Source: a virus. From it: a DNA stretch of 64,000 nt. Shown here in pieces: positions 1-8,923 of this stretch. Both the position numbers and the translations under genes were made by a program. The stretch lies in the IMG/VR virus record IMGVR_UViG_3300010885_044958, positions 1 to 64,000 of that record. One strand, written 5' to 3'. Numbering within the stretch: the first letter of the stretch is position 1; each line of letters opens with the position of its first letter. Below the pieces are notes generated by a model that had not been told where the DNA came from, did not search any database, and saw only the letters and a program-made list of their open reading frames with translations.

Positions 1-1
1 A

Positions 2-3000
2 CAATTTTTACCTAATAATATTACGCATAGATATAAAGATCCACGTAATGCTCCTCCTGATAAAGTATTTGAAAGATTCATAGATCCTATTCGATATAGT
101 CAACCTTGGACAGTAGAAGGAGAGGCTGATCAATATGAGCATGAGAAACACAATGGCAACTATAACTCTATAGTAGACAGAGTGATGTCCAATAACAAAA
201 CCTATCAATCTGGTGGACCTGGACCTGCTCCATATATAACTCATGATCCTAATGATCCAAGGATACAGGCACATGCTGATAGTAGTGCTGTTTATAATTC
301 TTACATAGAAAATAAAAATGCTTTGGAAAAAAACGGATACACTCCAAAGAAAATAAAAAGTGGTTTATTTAGTGGAAAAGATTCTAAAGAAGGCCAAATT
401 AGAAATTTTGAATCAAATAATTATTTGGATTGGTTTTCCCACATGAAAAAAGATTCACCATATAAAAAAGATCTAGGTAATGGAAAATATTTATTACAAG
501 ATTTGGCAGATCAAATGGTAAATACAGACTTACCTTACCAGTTATTTGATTCAAATATAAAACCCAAAGGAGTAAATATATATGAAGACCCCAATATATA
601 TGCCTTTGCGCCAAAAAATATGGATATTCCCCGAACTCAAGATAAATTAATACCCTGGAAACAAGACATTAGACCAATATATAATTATGAAAATGCAAAA
701 CCAGTACAAGATGTAATATATCAACCACAACAACCACAACTATCTATACCACAACCTAAGCCTGAACCTAAGCCAAAACCTAGAACCAAACAACAACTAC
801 AACCAGTTCCTATAGAACCACACCACTTCCCTACAACCAGACAAGAACCACAACCAGAACAAATCAATATAAATGATTGGAACCCAAATGAGGAACATTG
901 GAGTTCACCAGTAACAAATCCGTTTACACCTGCAGGGTTTTATAAACAGAATATAATACCTGGACAACCTCCAGTACCAACTAGACAAGAAGGTGGTCAA
1001 ACACAACAAGATCCTAATTCAAACTTTAGTTGGCTTTCTGAAGATATACAACAACCTCAATTGCAAAACCCTAAAAGAAATTATAAAGGCAGAAATAGAA
1101 CTAAGCCTAATAGGAGTGAGTATATGCCGCATCCATCTGTAAATAAATTTCAAGGTGGTGGTCAACCAACACAACAAGATAGTCTAGATATTTATAATAA
1201 TGCATTGGCCGTAAAAAAATTTTATGACACAAATGATTATAAAAATACACAAACGATTCAAGTTAAAGATTCTCCCACTAAAATTTTTCAAAAACTCGAT
1301 CAATCACGAAAAGAATTTAAAGCAATGCCAAAAGTAGAAGTTGCATACGATCCTTCTCTAGAAAAATACGATACATGGAATGATAAAGAAACATCAGATA
1401 GAGAAAAATTAAAAGGGAGGTTGCATCCTATATTGCCGGAATCTTATTACAGTCAAACAATAGATAAAAACAAGAGGTTACAGCGAGAAGATGCAATGGG
1501 TATACTCAACCTTAAAGCCCCAATGACACTTTATGATAAACGAATTGCCCCACAACTGTATTATGAATACGGAAACAAAAATGAAAAAGACCCTTTATGG
1601 GGGGATGCAGTAGATATCTATGGTTATGATCCTGTTGCAGTGAAACCTTGGAATATGCAAACTCCACAGGAACAACAAGAACGAGTTAAAAAATATGGTT
1701 ATCCAAAACAAGTATTACCAAAAGATGATAATAAACCATACGATGATAACTATGGAATAACTACAATAGATCCATTTACAGGAAATACTAATTTTGAACA
1801 CTATAATAGTAGACAAGAACAGAAAAATGCAATGAAAGGTATTTATCCAAAACAAAAATACGGTGGTTGGTTAGATTCTTATCAAAGTGGTGGGCAGAAG
1901 ATAGGTTATACAGATATGGTCAAAAAACCTATAGAACCTACAGTAAACCATACAGCTATACCGGGTTCTGCACCAAGACCTTTAACTCCTGAAGAGCAGT
2001 CCTACAGAGACATCATGAACCAACCTGCTATAGGTGCTAAACCTGGACAGAGACAAGTTATGCAGAATGTCAGGAACACCATGTCAAGAGTTGCAGGAAA
2101 ACTACCTGAACCTTTTGGTATGGTAGCATCTCCAGTAGTAGACTTTATGAGTTATCCGGCACAGGCAGTAGTAAATGTTCCTACACTTGATCAGTATGAC
2201 TGGAGTAGTGCAGACAGAGGTTTATCCCAAATGGCAATAGATGTTATGTCAGCGTTACCACTTATACCTACTACAAGGTATGAAAAGGTACCTATAGTTT
2301 ATGGAGAATCTAATGTAGCTCCACATGATCCGTACTCATCCATAGAACATGGTTATGCTAAATGGGCACCAAGAAGTAAAGGTCCTGTACGATTAAGATC
2401 TGAAATGACACCCACTATCACTAATCCTAATCCTGCAGATTGGCCTGAGATTAATCCGGGGCAACATTTAGATGCACATGGTTATCCTATAAAACCTAAC
2501 GAGACTCATGTATCTATAAGTAATAATACAGGAGGATGGGATCCTACTACAAGTAACCCATGGTCAGATGCTAATATAGGTAAAGGATATAAACGTCCTG
2601 CAAAATTAGATATATTAGGAAATACTAAACTAACACCTTCTGAACAATTTAAAAGAATAGAGTTTGCAAATAAAACAGAAGGGAGTACAGCTACTGAACA
2701 ACTTCTTGAAAATGCAAATAATCATCAGAATGTAATGAATAATCCTAAATTACAGAATGATATAAAAAATGTCATACAAGAAAGAAGGATGCGAAATACA
2801 TTATTTCCAGGTAAGTCTGACAACGGCTTGATAAATTCTTTAAAGAATCACTTTGCAATGGAGGATGATGATGTGGTAAGAGCATTGGATCAATATAATC
2901 CCTCATCACCAGCTACTAAATATAAATCACAAGAACTGGATGAAGCTATTAAGCATCTCAATGAACAGAGTAATCATTATGACTTAATTGCACCTAAGAA

Positions 3001-3343
3001 TAAACCTAACACATTCCCTATAAATGAAAGAGTTGGATTTCAGGAAGGGCAAGCAAAGTATTTCTCTTCTCAACCACCCAATGAACAGTTAATAGAGAAT
3101 AACTCATGGGCAAGTAAAGCTAACTGGAAAGGGTTTGGTCAAGAAATGAGAGGTGCTATGAAACAAATGAATCTTGATCCTGCCAATGAACAAGAAGTTG
3201 AAATATTTAGAAAGTTGCATATGGAAAATATAAAAGATCGTGCACTTAATCAATATAAGCCTGCAGGGTTAAATGTATTCAATCATATGTCACAACAGAA
3301 ATACGGAGGCAAAATACAAAATAATTGGCTCGATAAACTTTAA
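2..3343 (+). CDS. Modular virion-associated protein, 5'-truncated by the window edge (>1113 aa)
   Basis: The frame of the listed 182..3343 ORF is open back to base 2 (QFLPNNITHRY...YSQPWTVEGEADQY...). It contains repeated YQSGG/RQEGG/FQGGG/KYGG motifs and Pro/Gln-rich linkers. Confidence 0.75.
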   Translation, partial: QFLPNNITHRYKDPRNAPPDKVFERFIDPIRYSQPWTVEGEADQYEHEKHNGNYNSIVDRVMSNNKTYQSGGPGPAPYITHDPNDPRIQAHADSSAVYNSYIENKNALEKNGYTPKKIKSGLFSGKDSKEGQIRNFESNNYLDWFSHMKKDSPYKKDLGNGKYLLQDLADQMVNTDLPYQLFDSNIKPKGVNIYEDPNIYAFAPKNMDIPRTQDKLIPWKQDIRPIYNYENAKPVQDVIYQPQQPQLSIPQPKPEPKPKPRTKQQLQPVPIEPHHFPTTRQEPQPEQININDWNPNEEHWSSPVTNPFTPAGFYKQNIIPGQPPVPTRQEGGQTQQDPNSNFSWLSEDIQQPQLQNPKRNYKGRNRTKPNRSEYMPHPSVNKFQGGGQPTQQDSLDIYNNALAVKKFYDTNDYKNTQTIQVKDSPTKIFQKLDQSRKEFKAMPKVEVAYDPSLEKYDTWNDKETSDREKLKGRLHPILPESYYSQTIDKNKRLQREDAMGILNLKAPMTLYDKRIAPQLYYEYGNKNEKDPLWGDAVDIYGYDPVAVKPWNMQTPQEQQERVKKYGYPKQVLPKDDNKPYDDNYGITTIDPFTGNTNFEHYNSRQEQKNAMKGIYPKQKYGGWLDSYQSGGQKIGYTDMVKKPIEPTVNHTAIPGSAPRPLTPEEQSYRDIMNQPAIGAKPGQRQVMQNVRNTMSRVAGKLPEPFGMVASPVVDFMSYPAQAVVNVPTLDQYDWSSADRGLSQMAIDVMSALPLIPTTRYEKVPIVYGESNVAPHDPYSSIEHGYAKWAPRSKGPVRLRSEMTPTITNPNPADWPEINPGQHLDAHGYPIKPNETHVSISNNTGGWDPTTSNPWSDANIGKGYKRPAKLDILGNTKLTPSEQFKRIEFANKTEGSTATEQLLENANNHQNVMNNPKLQNDIKNVIQERRMRNTLFPGKSDNGLINSLKNHFAMEDDDVVRALDQYNPSSPATKYKSQELDEAIKHLNEQSNHYDLIAPKNKPNTFPINERVGFQEGQAKYFSSQPPNEQLIENNSWASKANWKGFGQEMRGAMKQMNLDPANEQEVEIFRKLHMENIKDRALNQYKPAGLNVFNHMSQQKYGGKIQNNWLDKL

Positions 3344-3345
3344 AT

Positions 3346-3385
3346 GTTTAAATAGTTAATCTTAAATAAATATTGTATATTTTAT
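3346..3385 (+). promoter_or_regulatory. Putative late-type promoter (GTTTA...TATATTTTA)
   Basis: TATATTTT at 3376-3383 lies upstream of the ATG at 3414. A similar element lies upstream of 8924. Confidence 0.45.
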
Positions 3386-3413
3386 TACAGATGCGTTATA
3401 ATTAAAAAATTTT

Positions 3414-5273
3414 ATGAAAAATACAAAATTGCACCCAATAGCAAAAAATTTAGGCTACTCTAGTAATGAGGACTTTTATAAGGACTTTGATACAAAAGAG
3501 AAGTATGATGCCTATATGCAACGTGGTGGACAAATAAATGTTCAGCAAAATCAGGCAATGCCGATAGACCGGACTGTGCAAAACAATTTCAGAAATACAA
3601 CTGAAACTAGATCTGATGGCTATAAAAGACCTAATCAAATACCTTTTGTAATGCAACAAGGACCAAATGTCTTGAAAAAAACAGGTGGCCCAGGTAGTCC
3701 TAATAACAATTATACTAACGCAGGTGGTATTTATAGTTATCAGCAGGGCGGTATTGCATCTAATTATACTTATAATCACATGCCCCAACCACCACAAAAT
3801 CCTGCAGGTTATAATCAAGGTGAGTGGAATAATGAAATGGGAAAAACTTGGAGGCAACAAAATCTACCACAACAAACAGTAGATCAAGAATATGCTGGAT
3901 TTGGCAACCCAATGTCTGATGTAAATTATAAAGCACCTGGAGATGTTTCTGGATTTGGGGCACCCCAGCAAGGTGTTCCTGCAAATACTCCTAGAGGAAT
4001 GGCTGCAACCGGATTTCCTACTTTAGAAGAAGCTAAGGCAAAAGCTAGGAATAGACAAAATCCAATAGGACCATCTGCACCAGAATCTGATTACTCAATG
4101 GCTGCGGTTAGATCTGGAAATCCAGCACCACAACAAAATCTTAGAGATAATAGTAACTATGGTTGCGAGGCAGATTTAAATAATTATAAGTCTGGTGGAA
4201 TACATATTAAACCAGAAAATAGAGGTAAATTTACTGAATATAAAAAAAGAACTGGTAAAACTACTGAAGAAGCATTGCATTCTAAAGATCCCCATGTGCG
4301 ACAGATGGCAAATTTTGCAAGAAATGCAGCCAAATGGCATCATCAAGATGGTGGACCAGTAAATCCACAACAATACATGTATAATCCAGGAGGCAATTAC
4401 CAAGTTGGAGGATTGTACCACAATCAAACAAATCCAAATTATGGCACCTTTACTCCAGAAGGAATTAGAGTAGCACAAATGGGTTGGAATGGAGCACCTA
4501 TTCCTACAGCAAATAATCTAAGAGGTCAAGAATACGGATGCCCACAAGATTTAAATTATCAGGTTGGTGGTCTTTATGCAAATCAAACACAACCTAATTA
4601 TGGTACTTATACTCCTTTTGGTATAAGAGTTGCACAACAAGGAGATAATAATACAGCACAACCAGGAAATGTTCCAGGTAGTGGTCCTGGTGGTATGGAT
4701 AATAGTTTTGACCAAGATAATACTAGTTCACAACCAATTCTAAATCAACCTGGAAACAGACCTGGTTCTGGTCCTGGACAAATGGATACAGATATGGATC
4801 CAAATGACCAAAGTGATTTTGAAAAACAGAATCTACAAGATATGTCAAATGATATGTCAAATAGTAGATCTTCTTCTAAACCCAGATCTAACTGGCCTGC
4901 TTATGTGGGTGCTGGAATAGGTGCTGTTACTGGTGCATTAGCAGGAATCGGCGCAGTTGCAGGTAGAAATCAAAAAGCAAGAAATCAAGCAGGTGCAAGA
5001 ATGAATCAAGGAATGACTAGTTCTAAATATCCTCATAGTAATCCATTAGGATCTAAAGGAGATCAAGGAATAGTTGGTCAAGGGTATGGGCAGAATCTTT
5101 CTCATTTTGGTGCTGGTAATGTAGGTGCGTTTTATCAACCTATTGCACAACAGGGTATGATGGTTACTCCATATCAAAATGGGGGAATGTATCAAGCTGG
5201 CAGCGAACACGAATTGCCAGATCACGAAATCCAGAGATTGCAAAAACTAGGTTACAAATTACAGATTCTATAA
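3414..5273 (+). CDS. Low-complexity Gly/Gln/Asn-rich virion protein with YQxGG repeats and a glycine-zipper segment
   Basis: Many [YM]QxGG/AQQG motifs, a basic module GIHIKPENRGKF...ANFARNAAKW, and the hydrophobic stretch YVGAGIGAVTGALAGIGAVAG. Confidence 0.75.
   Translation: MKNTKLHPIAKNLGYSSNEDFYKDFDTKEKYDAYMQRGGQINVQQNQAMPIDRTVQNNFRNTTETRSDGYKRPNQIPFVMQQGPNVLKKTGGPGSPNNNYTNAGGIYSYQQGGIASNYTYNHMPQPPQNPAGYNQGEWNNEMGKTWRQQNLPQQTVDQEYAGFGNPMSDVNYKAPGDVSGFGAPQQGVPANTPRGMAATGFPTLEEAKAKARNRQNPIGPSAPESDYSMAAVRSGNPAPQQNLRDNSNYGCEADLNNYKSGGIHIKPENRGKFTEYKKRTGKTTEEALHSKDPHVRQMANFARNAAKWHHQDGGPVNPQQYMYNPGGNYQVGGLYHNQTNPNYGTFTPEGIRVAQMGWNGAPIPTANNLRGQEYGCPQDLNYQVGGLYANQTQPNYGTYTPFGIRVAQQGDNNTAQPGNVPGSGPGGMDNSFDQDNTSSQPILNQPGNRPGSGPGQMDTDMDPNDQSDFEKQNLQDMSNDMSNSRSSSKPRSNWPAYVGAGIGAVTGALAGIGAVAGRNQKARNQAGARMNQGMTSSKYPHSNPLGSKGDQGIVGQGYGQNLSHFGAGNVGAFYQPIAQQGMMVTPYQNGGMYQAGSEHELPDHEIQRLQKLGYKLQIL
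4395..4643 (+). repeat. Intragenic direct repeat (~90 nt, two copies)
   Basis: NYQVGGLYHNQTNPNYGTFTPEGIRVAQMG (4395-4484) vs NYQVGGLYANQTQPNYGTYTPFGIRVAQQG (4554-4643). Confidence 0.9.
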
Positions 5274-5299
5274 CATGTTAATACCTAAAACTCAATAAA

Positions 5300-5704
5300 A
5301 TGGCTAATTTCAAACTCGCATGGGCTAAGACTAGGATTCACGAAGGAGGTTATGTCTTAGATAAGGATGATGCCGGGAAAATGACATATAGAGGAATCTC
5401 ATATAGGAGTTTTCCAAATTGGCCTGGTTGGGCAGAAGTTATTAAATCTAAAAGACTTCGTGGAGATATAATACTTACTCTAGAACCTCTGGTAGAAAAA
5501 TTCTATATAGACAATTTCTGGAATCCAATAAAAGGCGATGAAATTATAAATCAAGAAGTTGCCGATGAATTATTTGATTCTTCAGTTCTTCTAGGCATAC
5601 ATCAATCAGTAATACTTACTCAAAGATCTTTAAACATACCTGAATCTGGTAAAATGGATTCTTCTACTTTAAATATTTTAAATCAAAACAATCCTTATGC
5701 TTAA
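5300..5704 (+). CDS. Glycoside hydrolase family 108 lysozyme (endolysin)
   Basis: N-terminal HEGGY...D..DAG..TY.GI motif, followed by Y...FW...GD and LFD..V..G, typical of GH108. Confidence 0.88.
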   Translation: MANFKLAWAKTRIHEGGYVLDKDDAGKMTYRGISYRSFPNWPGWAEVIKSKRLRGDIILTLEPLVEKFYIDNFWNPIKGDEIINQEVADELFDSSVLLGIHQSVILTQRSLNIPESGKMDSSTLNILNQNNPYA

Positions 5705-5948
5705 ATACTTATTTGCATTTTTACTAATTTTTTCAGTGCAAAATGCATCCGCACAACCAATAGACTCAGTAGCTTACTACAGACATAAATGGTTGCAATA
5801 CAGTCTAAAAAATGACACATTAATGCACAAGAACTATATACTTAACAAAAGACTAAACAAATTAGTATTTTACGAAAATCTAGTTATAAAGAAACCAGAA
5901 TATATAAAATTCTTGAAAGGTTGGCAATGCAGGACGCTTAGTAACTAA
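5697..5948 (+). CDS. Small secreted/periplasmic protein (possible lysis accessory)
   Basis: Signal peptide MLKYLFAFLLIFSVQNASA with an AxA cleavage site. Overlaps the lysin stop by 8 nt. Confidence 0.6.
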   Translation: MLKYLFAFLLIFSVQNASAQPIDSVAYYRHKWLQYSLKNDTLMHKNYILNKRLNKLVFYENLVIKKPEYIKFLKGWQCRTLSN

Positions 5949-5951
5949 CTG

Positions 5952-6208
5952 TCTGATCTAACCGATTTGGTAAATAGATTGGTGATAAAAACAAGTCAGG
6001 GCAAAGCCCTAGCCCTAACAAACTTTACCCTGACTACTTCTAACCGATCAGTATAAATGAGTTGGCGAATAGCAGGAAACAAGTCATGAAGACCTTACTA
6101 CTCTTTAAGATAAAAAAACTTAAAAGAAACAATCATTCCCGGTTCCTATGGTTGAGGTTCGGTATGCCATCCTGATTATATTGGCAAAGATTTCTATCAG
6201 TTCGGGAC
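5952..6208 (+). ncRNA. Candidate structured RNA / cis-regulatory element
   Basis: Intergenic region of higher GC with a duplicated unit (CTAACCGAT...TAAAT...TTGGYGA...AAACAAGTCA). Several stems, including GTCAGGGCAAAG/CTTTACCCTGAC, TCCCG/CGGGA and TGCCA/TGGCA. Confidence 0.4.
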
Positions 6209-6226
6209 AATAAAAAAGCCCATTTA

Positions 6227-6511
6227 ATGATTTCGAGAGAATCACCAAATGAGCTAGATATATTAAAAATTGATATATCCCAAACTGATCTTAGCATAGA
6301 ATCTCTCGAATCCTATAATAAAATATACAACAATATTTTCAAAAAACCAAATGCAACTAATAAACTGGTTCAAACAGTTCTCACACCAAGACAGGTTGCT
6401 ATGTTCAGAGCCTGTGTAAGCTATAGAAGGTCCAAGAAGTTGCACTTGGTAAGCAAAAATACGTTATCTTTGTTGAATAACAAAATTAATCTTAAATATT
6501 TTAAATTCTAA
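6227..6511 (+). CDS. Hypothetical protein
   Basis: 94-aa ORF. Its 3' part overlaps a promoter-like TATCTTTG (6465-6472). Confidence 0.4.
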   Translation: MISRESPNELDILKIDISQTDLSIESLESYNKIYNNIFKKPNATNKLVQTVLTPRQVAMFRACVSYRRSKKLHLVSKNTLSLLNNKINLKYFKF

Positions 6512-6515
6512 TACA

Positions 6516-8855
6516 ATGCCTAAAATAAAAATTCTCGCCGCACCCCAAGAAAAAATGGCAATGGGCGGTACTCAAAGACCTCCTAAACAAGGTCCATATG
6601 CTGGTCAATCAGGCTGGGCATTAAACACCGGACAAAGGTTTTTTGATCCTACATTTAGCACTAAAGACCCATTTAAAGCCACTAATACTATAGAGGAAGC
6701 AGAACCAGGTCAAGAAACCTTGGAAGCTGAGAAGGGTGAATTTATGACTAGACAAGATCCAGATGGTAGTTTGTCTGCGTTTGATATTGGTGGAAAAAAA
6801 CACTACGCCGGGGGTACAAAAATTGCCGGGCAATCTGGAGATTTCATTTTCTCAGACTTCAAAAAACTTGCACTTGGTGGTCCAATTACTGAATTATTTG
6901 GCAAACCTAAAGATTCTACAAAGAAATATACTCCTGCAGATTTAGCAAGACAATATGATATAAATAAATATAAAGCAATAATAGATAATCCAGATTCAGA
7001 TAACTTGGCTAAAGATACAGCAAAAAGACAAATTAAAGGTTTTGAAAAAAAATTACAGACTTTGGCACTTTTACAAGAAGCGAAAAAAGGATTTCCTCAA
7101 GGTATGCCAGAATTAACAGGTAATAATGAAAAAGGTATTCCACAAGCAAGATATGGTGGAAAATTTCAACAGGGTGGTGGTAATATTTTTCAACCAAAAT
7201 ATGATCAGTTAGTAAATAAAAGTAAAGAATATTTACAAAAAATGTATCCAGACAGTGATGTTGATATATATCAATCATCAGGAGATAGAAATATTCAGTC
7301 ACAAGCAGCTTTACAAAAGAGTGGGGCATCCCACACACCTGTTTCATTACATAATGTTGGTGCAGCAAGAGATTATCATATTTATATAGATGGAAAACTT
7401 ATAGATAATAAAAATGTAGATGTGTATAAAAACAGTTTGTGGAAGGCTGCAGATGAATTAGGAATGAATCATTTAAACGGAAATCCCCCTTCGCAAGATG
7501 ATCCACATCCATTCGGCAATACAGATCCATATCACATAGCTGTTGTAAAAGAAACTAACAATCATGATGCTTATGGTAGATTGCTTCAACAATATCCTCA
7601 AGTAGCAAACACGCCTATATTTAAAAATACTGAAAGTTATTTATCAAAACAAACTGATCCAAAATTGAAAGACTATTATAATCAAATACAACAATATAAA
7701 CCTACACCAAAGAAACAAGAAGGTGGAGTTGATCCGGAATTAAACACACAGGATGCTGGATATAAATATGTTCCTAGAAAAAGGATAGTAGCTAATAATA
7801 CAAATATTGACGGAATTGAATCTTTACCTCTGTATACTACTACTGCGCGTAGAAAAGTAAAAATTGTAGACGTTCCACAATCAGAATTACAACCATTTTC
7901 AAATGAGCCAAGAACCCAAGAAGATCCAACTCCAATAGATATTTCTCAATTAGCCGCAACTTCTACTCAAAATAACTCAGGAATAAATTCAGCAGCAGGT
8001 CAAATAGATACAACTAGCTATAACGCTCCATATGGTATATCAAATGCAGATCGCAGAAATATTTTTGCAAATCTAGCAGTCCCACCAAGACAAGGAGTAC
8101 CTATTAGAAGCACCCCTAGAGTCTCAATTCCTGGTGTTGTGCTACCTGATGAGCGTGCTGCAATAGCTGCCCAACAATCGGCTGGAAATGCTGCTATGAT
8201 GGCAAATGCAATGACCGGTACAGGAGCTAGAGTAAGATCTTCTAATACAGGTATAACAGGAAGACTTTTAGAAGGTTTGCAGCAAATAGAAGGTCAAACT
8301 GCAGGGGAAAAAGCAAAAATTTTGAATGAGGCAAATAGATATGCTGCAGAAGCAATGTCAAAACAATCATTTGCTACTCAAGAAGCCAATCAACAATACA
8401 ACCAACAATCAGATACTGCTAAATTTAACTATGACCAATCTTTTAGAAACTATCTAAAAATAAATGCACAAGATTTTGGACAAGCAGAAAAAAATGCAGC
8501 AAAAAGGCAAAATCTTAATATGATTAATGCCAAAGACCCCTTCTATGCAGACAATAATTCAATACTTCGTTGGAGACAGGGTTATACAGCACCAGATGGT
8601 CCTGGAAGTGGTTCAGGTGCAGCAAGTTATGGTGAAGAAGTTAGTAGGGCTTATGCTGATTTAAAAGCACACAACCCAAGTTGGTCAGAAGATGATCTAA
8701 GAAAAGCTGCGTTTACAATAGTACATTCACAAAAAACCAGAACTAGATCAATGCCTTATCAGCCAGGAAAACAGCAGGTTACAACTAGTGGTTCTCAATA
8801 TGGATTTGATTATCCTACAGGTGCTGAAAATAACTGGCAAGGAATGTGGCAATAA
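6516..8855 (+). CDS. Virion cargo protein with an internal M15-family (L-Ala-D-Glu/D-Ala-D-Ala type) Zn peptidase domain
   Basis: SGDRNIQSQAAL...SLHNVGAARD...DPYHI matches the R..Q / SxHxxGxAxD / DxxH pattern. Also has an N-terminal EAEKGE...HY.GG module and an Ala/Gln-rich helical C-terminus. Confidence 0.75.
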   Translation: MPKIKILAAPQEKMAMGGTQRPPKQGPYAGQSGWALNTGQRFFDPTFSTKDPFKATNTIEEAEPGQETLEAEKGEFMTRQDPDGSLSAFDIGGKKHYAGGTKIAGQSGDFIFSDFKKLALGGPITELFGKPKDSTKKYTPADLARQYDINKYKAIIDNPDSDNLAKDTAKRQIKGFEKKLQTLALLQEAKKGFPQGMPELTGNNEKGIPQARYGGKFQQGGGNIFQPKYDQLVNKSKEYLQKMYPDSDVDIYQSSGDRNIQSQAALQKSGASHTPVSLHNVGAARDYHIYIDGKLIDNKNVDVYKNSLWKAADELGMNHLNGNPPSQDDPHPFGNTDPYHIAVVKETNNHDAYGRLLQQYPQVANTPIFKNTESYLSKQTDPKLKDYYNQIQQYKPTPKKQEGGVDPELNTQDAGYKYVPRKRIVANNTNIDGIESLPLYTTTARRKVKIVDVPQSELQPFSNEPRTQEDPTPIDISQLAATSTQNNSGINSAAGQIDTTSYNAPYGISNADRRNIFANLAVPPRQGVPIRSTPRVSIPGVVLPDERAAIAAQQSAGNAAMMANAMTGTGARVRSSNTGITGRLLEGLQQIEGQTAGEKAKILNEANRYAAEAMSKQSFATQEANQQYNQQSDTAKFNYDQSFRNYLKINAQDFGQAEKNAAKRQNLNMINAKDPFYADNNSILRWRQGYTAPDGPGSGSGAASYGEEVSRAYADLKAHNPSWSEDDLRKAAFTIVHSQKTRTRSMPYQPGKQQVTTSGSQYGFDYPTGAENNWQGMWQ

Positions 8856-8862
8856 ATCTTTT

Positions 8863-8904
8863 AAGTTTAGTTTTTTAAACTAAATAAATTTACGTATCTT
8901 TTAT
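8863..8904 (+). promoter_or_regulatory. Putative late-type promoter
   Basis: AAGTTTAGTTTTTTAAACTAAA palindrome followed by CGTATCTTTTAT (TATCTTTT 8895-8902), ahead of the giant-protein operon. Confidence 0.5.
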
Positions 8905-8923
8905 ATAACAACAATTAATTATT

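Noticed and set aside
4395-4643. Diversity-generating retroelement TR/VR pair
   Set aside because: Both copies are in frame in one gene, the differences are not adenine-specific, and there is no reverse transcriptase in the window.
5952-6090. CRISPR mini-array or hammerhead ribozyme
   Set aside because: Only two imperfect copies with internal indels, no cas genes, and no intact CUGAnGA/GAAA core.
6136-6208. tRNA gene
   Set aside because: No canonical T-arm (GTTCRA) at the right position, no D-arm and no CCA.
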